DNA of 64,000 nucleotides, from NCBI GenBank assembly GCA_958009085.1, contig OY253677.1, forward strand, positions 372,001 through 436,000, written 5' to 3'. Shown in pieces: positions 58,496-64,000 of the stretch. This DNA comes from Protoeuglena noctilucae. Taxonomy: Eukaryota. The number at the start of each line of letters is the position of its first letter. The stretch's first letter is position 1. The notes below the pieces were generated by a model. It had not been told where the DNA came from and did no database searches. It saw only the letters and a program-made list of their open reading frames with translations. Both the position numbers and the translations under genes were made by a program.

Positions 58496-61400
58496 ATGAT
58501 GACCGTCGGAAGCCTCGACGTGAGTATCTAGGAGGACGGGGAGCCTCTAGCGGTGGCTAAAGCATCTCCTCGCGGGGCTCAGTGACTGCTACAGAGCCCC
58601 TCGCTGCGCTGGGCTCAAGCGGCACGGAACGACGCTCCAGCGGGATCTGGGGCGGATGATTGCGATGCGTTGGAACTGAACCATGCACTGCTCCCCCCGC
58701 AGGGTCTCTTCGAGGCCCTCCAGGACCCCGCGGTGGGCTCCCAGGTGACAGCCCCATCGAGGTTGATTTCGACCCCGACAACGCGCTGGCTGCTTCGCGC
58801 CGACACTCGCGACCGCGCACAATGGTTTTATGCGCCATGCAGGGTGGTTTAATGGCCCTGGCGCAGCGCCCGCCTGACCAGGAGATCGAGGAGGAGGAGG
58901 ACGTGGCGACCGTGTTCAACACCCTCCGCGTCCTCAGGCGAGCGCCGCCGGAGCAATAGCTGTCAGCAATCGTCTGAAAGGATGTCTATTGAGGTTTCGA
59001 GGTGCTTAATCTCCGGTCAACTCCGTGCCCATGCCCGCAGCGAGCGTGCTGAGTTGGACAGCAACGACGTGGAGCTGCTGAAGGCCATCTTCGACAAGCT
59101 GACGGCGAGCTACACGTGAGCAGCCTGCAGATGCATCACACGCAGGGCGCAGCGAGTCCGGCGCGGCGCTGGCTTGGCGCGAGCGCACGGGCTGCCCAGC
59201 GCTGCCGCAGGTGCCACCTCACCTCGCAAGTCCCTTCTCTGAAACGCGCAGGGAGGAGACAGTGGCCAAAGTCGTCGGCGCAGGAGGTCCCGAGTCCCTG
59301 AAAAGGTGCATGCGGGCTCTCTTGCGTGTTGCGTGCCCATCGGTCTTGACGGCCGCAGCCTCGGTCCAGCAACCACGCCCCCTATGTCTGCCGCATCTGA
59401 TGCCTTGTGGTCACGATTTCGTTTTTGCGACTGTCACTCACAGCAGCCTTGATCCCCACCTGTTGTCCCCCAGGCTCTTTCGCCTCGTGAGGGACACACG
59501 GTGCCTCCAGCAGGACCCCGATGGTGCCAACGCGTCCCTCTCTGTCCGCAACAGCATCCTCCGCACGGTGCAAGACATCGCCATCGTCAAGGCGAGACGC
59601 GGGGGCCTGCGAGAACTGTGGGGCGCACCGCTGCCTTGTCGCCCGTATCTGCGGAGTATCACCACCCCATGCCACGTGCTTGGTCAACGCAGGAGTCGGC
59701 GAGCAAGAAGCGCCCCGGCCAAGAGGCCTTTGCTCCGATATGGATCCCCTTCACCATGGACGTCATCGAGCGGTGCGTTGCGCCGGCACTGCATGGGGAG
59801 ACCGCTCGTCAGCAATTGCTGAGGTCGCCTTAGCTAGTCACGCTTGCTGGGAGCGTGGCGTGCGACGTGCGATGCGGTGCCCCCTGCGCGCTCGGCCAAA
59901 CGCTGTTCGCCGATCTCAGCCAGTTGGGAACTGGGCAAGTCACGCGGGTCCCGTTGTCACTGGCACCGCAGGGAGACGAGCCCCTTGCACTTGCGCGAGT
60001 GCACGCGTGTCCTGATGGACCTGGTGTGCCGCAACGAGGAGTCGATGCGCACGCTGCTGCAGCTGCGGCGCCAGATGCGCACGCTGCTGGACGTCACGCT
60101 GCCCTCCATGGGGGACTTCAAGTGAGCCAACGGACGGTGTACTATGCAATATCATGAAGTAATTGTATGTGTAGTATAGCGGGGGGCTTGGATGGAGTCG
60201 ATGGCATGGAGGGACGGTGAGTGCATCACACGTGCGGTGCGAAGGTGCCGCTTTCATGCTTTGCCCGCCCGCAGCGCACAGGAGAACGTGCTGGAGCTCC
60301 TGGTGAACCTGGCGAGGAAGAAGCTGTTTGCCCTCGATGGCCCCCACATGAAGGGCTTCCCCCCCGCGGCCATCGACAAGATGCGGCAGGCGAGCGAGAC
60401 CAAGGTGAGAGGGACGAGGGGGGGGCGAGAGGTCAGACTGGGGGTTATGCGGACACAGCATGTTGGACGCATGTGCCAGGATGAGGCAGTAACAACCAGA
60501 GTCACGGACTGAGTTCACTGCATTTCACAAAGCGCCCCCCCATCTCGCTCTCTCACCCTCTGACCACCCGCTGCCATCTCTCTTCCCCAGATTTCCTCCG
60601 ACGGCCTCTCCCGCGCCGTCCGCGAGGCCGTCATGGCTTACAATGCCTCTCTGGGCAAGGATGCTAGTGTCCTGACCTTCGCCGTCTCTGCCGTCCGCAT
60701 CAACGGCCACCCGTCGGCCCTGGACCCGCCCTTCGTGGACTTTGGCAGGCAACTGGGGGCGTGCAGCTTGCATGGTCCATCGTTGCTAAGCTGCGTGTTT
60801 ATATGCACATTCCTGTGCACATTCCTATGCTGTGATCCATCGAGTGGTGTGGTTCCCAACAGATGCTGAGCGCTCCAAGCGACACCCTGTCCTGTCGATG
60901 CAGGACGGCCTTCACTTTCTTTGGGACCTGGGACACCGAGGATGGCGACCCGGACCTGCAGGAGCACTGCTACGAGCACCTCGCTTCCGCCAAGGCGAGG
61001 ACGGCTGACGGTTCACAGCGCCGGTGTGCTGTTCACACCCACACCTGTTTTCACGCAGAGAAAGCAACTGCTGTCGGTTACCTTGGTCGTTCTTAAAGCC
61101 AATGACACCATGACAGTCCAATCTCTCTCTTTCGATGTGCTTGACCGCAGGTGGACGTTGACGCGGGCGTGCTGCACATGGTGACGACGTGCCAGGTTCA
61201 AATTGCGGTGGAGACGACCCCGGAGACCGCCAAGGAGATGGCCGTCGCGCTGCCCCGCATCAGCCGCCTCAAGGTGAGAGAGAGGTGCGATTGACGCTCT
61301 ACAATCCTTCGCCATGCTGGCTGTGCTCGTCAGCTTACTTGTGTACCTTCGCAGCAACAGCAGCAGCAGGTGCATGTGCTCGCAAGCGTGCTCGCCTTCA

Positions 61401-64000
61401 TTGCTGCCTCTCCTGCCCGCGTCTCACTGCCCACTCTCACCATTGCTTGTCATTCAATCCCACCATGCTCGCTCAATCGAACCCAGGACCTCCTGGCCGA
61501 GTCTCTCGGCAATGAGCGGCAGCCACGCATGCCCAAGATGTCCATCGGCATGGTGGCTCGCTCCCAGCAGCAGCCCCAGGCAGGGCAGGACGCGAGGCAG
61601 ACCCAGGTGAGGGCGAGGGGTGTGTGCGCGTGCAAGCCAGCGGCTGACTTGCCAGTCAGCTAAGAGTGGATAGATACCACAGCTCGCATTGCTTGCTGCT
61701 AGCAAATTGCCTATGCAACATGACACCGTCTGCCGCACTCACAGGTGCCTGGGATGGCGGCTGCCGACCGCAGCCATGCCGACGATGGGGACCTGTCACC
61801 AGGTGACGGGGGGGCTTACAACATGGCAAATGAACTGCAATTGTGCTACTATATTGACTAAGGGGGGCCATGCTTTGCTGCCACGGAGCGCGTTCCATGC
61901 CATTAGTCATTGTGATACCTGTCTTGGCTCTTCCTAATACATGCGTGCATGTCGTAAGTAGTAGCATCGAAAATGCGTCCTGCCGCTTTCGTTTCGTGCA
62001 GATGAGACGCAGGACGGGTTCCCGCCGGCCCGGGTGCCTCGCAGCGACGCCGCTGCCCAGGACGGCAAGGGTCAGAAGGGGAGGGGGGGAACCAAGGCGA
62101 GTCCTGGATGCATGGGGCATCAGAGCAAGGGCCAGAGGGGGTATGCAAAGCAAGCCTACCTGTATTTTGCAAACCTAGGACACCCTTGTACCTCAGCGTT
62201 CCCGTTGCTGTCCCATGGTGGTGGTGGCCAGTGACATACCACCCTCACGCTGTACCACACCGTCGCTCGCTTCCAGGCCCCCAGCGCAGCCCCAGCGGGT
62301 GCCGGTCCAAGCCGCGCTGTTCACGCGGATCACGACGATGCTGGGCACGACTCTGAGGCGGACGTGGACATGGATGGCGGCACGGACGCTGGCCCAGAGA
62401 CGGACGATGACGTGGACGACGTCGGCAGGACGCACGGCGGCAACGGTGGCATTGGGGCAGGCGGTGGCGCGGGGGAGGGCCGCGCGGGTGTGCTGCGGGG
62501 TCGGCCGGCCAAGGGACCTGTGCTGGGTGCCAATGTCCAGGCCCGACAGCGGTGAGTCAGCCGCTGCATGGCATGCAGGGTCAATGGGGATGTTGAGCTA
62601 TGATGGCTGGGCTGGAGGCAAGCTTATTGGCTGTCGATGCACAGTCACTCTCGTGCCCGTTCATGCGGTGGCAGGAGACACAGCTGCACATGCTGCACCC
62701 CACCACCGATCGTCACCACCCTCGGTCCCCCGTGCTTGGCAGGAGGGGCAAGCAGTCCCGTCTGCAGGCCCTGGCACCCAAGGATCCACCCAAGGCCTCA
62801 GATAAGGCCCCTTCTAAGGCATCCCAGCGAGCCCCGACTGCCGCTAAGGGCCACAAGGCAGGCGCTTCCCCCACGAAGGCTACACGCGCCCAGCCCGCTC
62901 CCTCCAAGCCCGCCCCAGCCAAGGCCGCTGAGGTGTCGATGGGACACGAGGATGACCCCTACTACGCAGATGGAGACGACGCCTATGCACTGGAGACGAC
63001 GCAGGCAAGGGATGGGATGGGACGGGTAGCTGGGCATAGGTGCAGACATCACGCACGCAGGCAAGCCATACGTGACATGCTGCGTGTGACATTGACGTTG
63101 GGTGTCAAGACAGGAGCTAGTTGCATTGGTTTGTTGTAACTTTTACCCTGTCGCAGTAGCACTCTGCTCCCAATGGTCGGCCACCATTCCATGTCGGACA
63201 AGAGCACCGTGGCCCCACCAACCCCCTCCCCTGCTTCCCTTCCCCCCAGCCTTCCCAGGACGCCGTCCCCGCAACGGTTCCCGTCCGCTCCCAGCGTGCC
63301 GCTGCCAAAAAGGCTGCTGAGAAAATCAAAGAGGCCGCGTCACCCGCCTCACAGAAGGGTACCAGCCCCAAGACACCCGCAGCGATTGAGGGCGCAGGGC
63401 ACGCCGGGAAGGGCGGGGCAGCGGCGGTGGGGCGCGCGCCGGGCGGCAAGGGGCGGGGCGGTGGTGCGAAGGGGGTGCGGTCACCGAGGGGTGCCAAGGC
63501 GGGGGCGGGTGCGGGTGCTGTGGCGGTGACGCCGGTGGCTGAGGGCGGCAGGCACCGCTCTGCTTTCCACGGCGCTCTGTTCCCCGGCGATGGCGTGAGG
63601 GGCGGGGCGCCGGAGGTGCCCGGGCGCGGGCCGGAGGTGCCTGTGTTTGAGAGCGCCAGGAAGGCGGCGAAGCGACAGGAGGCGGCAGGTGAGGGGATGG
63701 ATGGGGTGGGGAATGGGTGAAGTGTGGGATGACTGTGACTGTGCTAAGGGGTCGTTGAGTGGGTGGGGGGTGTTGAGGTGTTGTGGCGCTGGTATGACTG
63801 ATGCACTGTGCTGCCGTCACCCCAACACCGAGATGCACACGGCTGTCACCTTGCTGCACTCTCATGTACGTCCTGTGCGAGTCACCGGTGGCCCTTCGTT
63901 GCCCTTGCAGCCAAGTCGGCCCGCCCAGAGGTTCCCCACCCCAAGGGCCGCACCGCAGCGGCGGACGGCCTGGGTGACTACGGCGGGGCTGCTGATCAGT
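58496..64000 (+). CDS. SYCP2/Red1/Rec10-like meiotic chromosome-axis protein (ARM-like + PH-like N-terminus); 3' end beyond the window
   Basis: Phase-consistent small exons give ...SMGDFNAQENVLELLVNL...YNASLGKDASVLTFAVSAVRING...PFVDFGRTAFTFFG. This matches the recalled SYCP2 pattern GDYxxQxxxxExL...NxxLGxxxxVxTFP...WxDFN and is followed by a long disordered region. Confidence 0.6.

Overview
This is compact, GC-rich, intron-dense eukaryotic nuclear DNA, most consistent with a flagellated chlorophyte green alga (plastid-targeted GRXS16, Chlamydomonas GLN2-type glutamine synthetase, GSM1-like KNOX). I reconstructed about 15 spliced genes by hand: RPL37, GRXS16, RPL27a, NAD(P)H glycerol-3-P dehydrogenase, a frameshifted F-box/ankyrin gene, a KNOX homeobox gene, plastid GSII, Pol III Rpc31, a CEP89/SCLT1-like coiled-coil gene (spanning a 200-N gap), a PlsB/GNPAT-type acyltransferase, a ~4,200-aa GPI-anchored subtilase with ~19 Cys-paired repeats, SRP14, a SYCP2/Red1-like meiotic axis gene and three unknown genes. 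The main find is a 1,052-bp non-autonomous retroelement (50169-51220, minus) inserted in the giant subtilase exon. It has a perfect 17-bp target-site duplication, an (AGTC)3 tail, and a complete HDV-like self-cleaving ribozyme whose G1 is the first base after the TSD. Also notable are three apparent GT-AT introns in the same gene and many GC-AG introns across the window. Exon boundaries and homologies come from reading by eye and recalled motifs; no searches were run.
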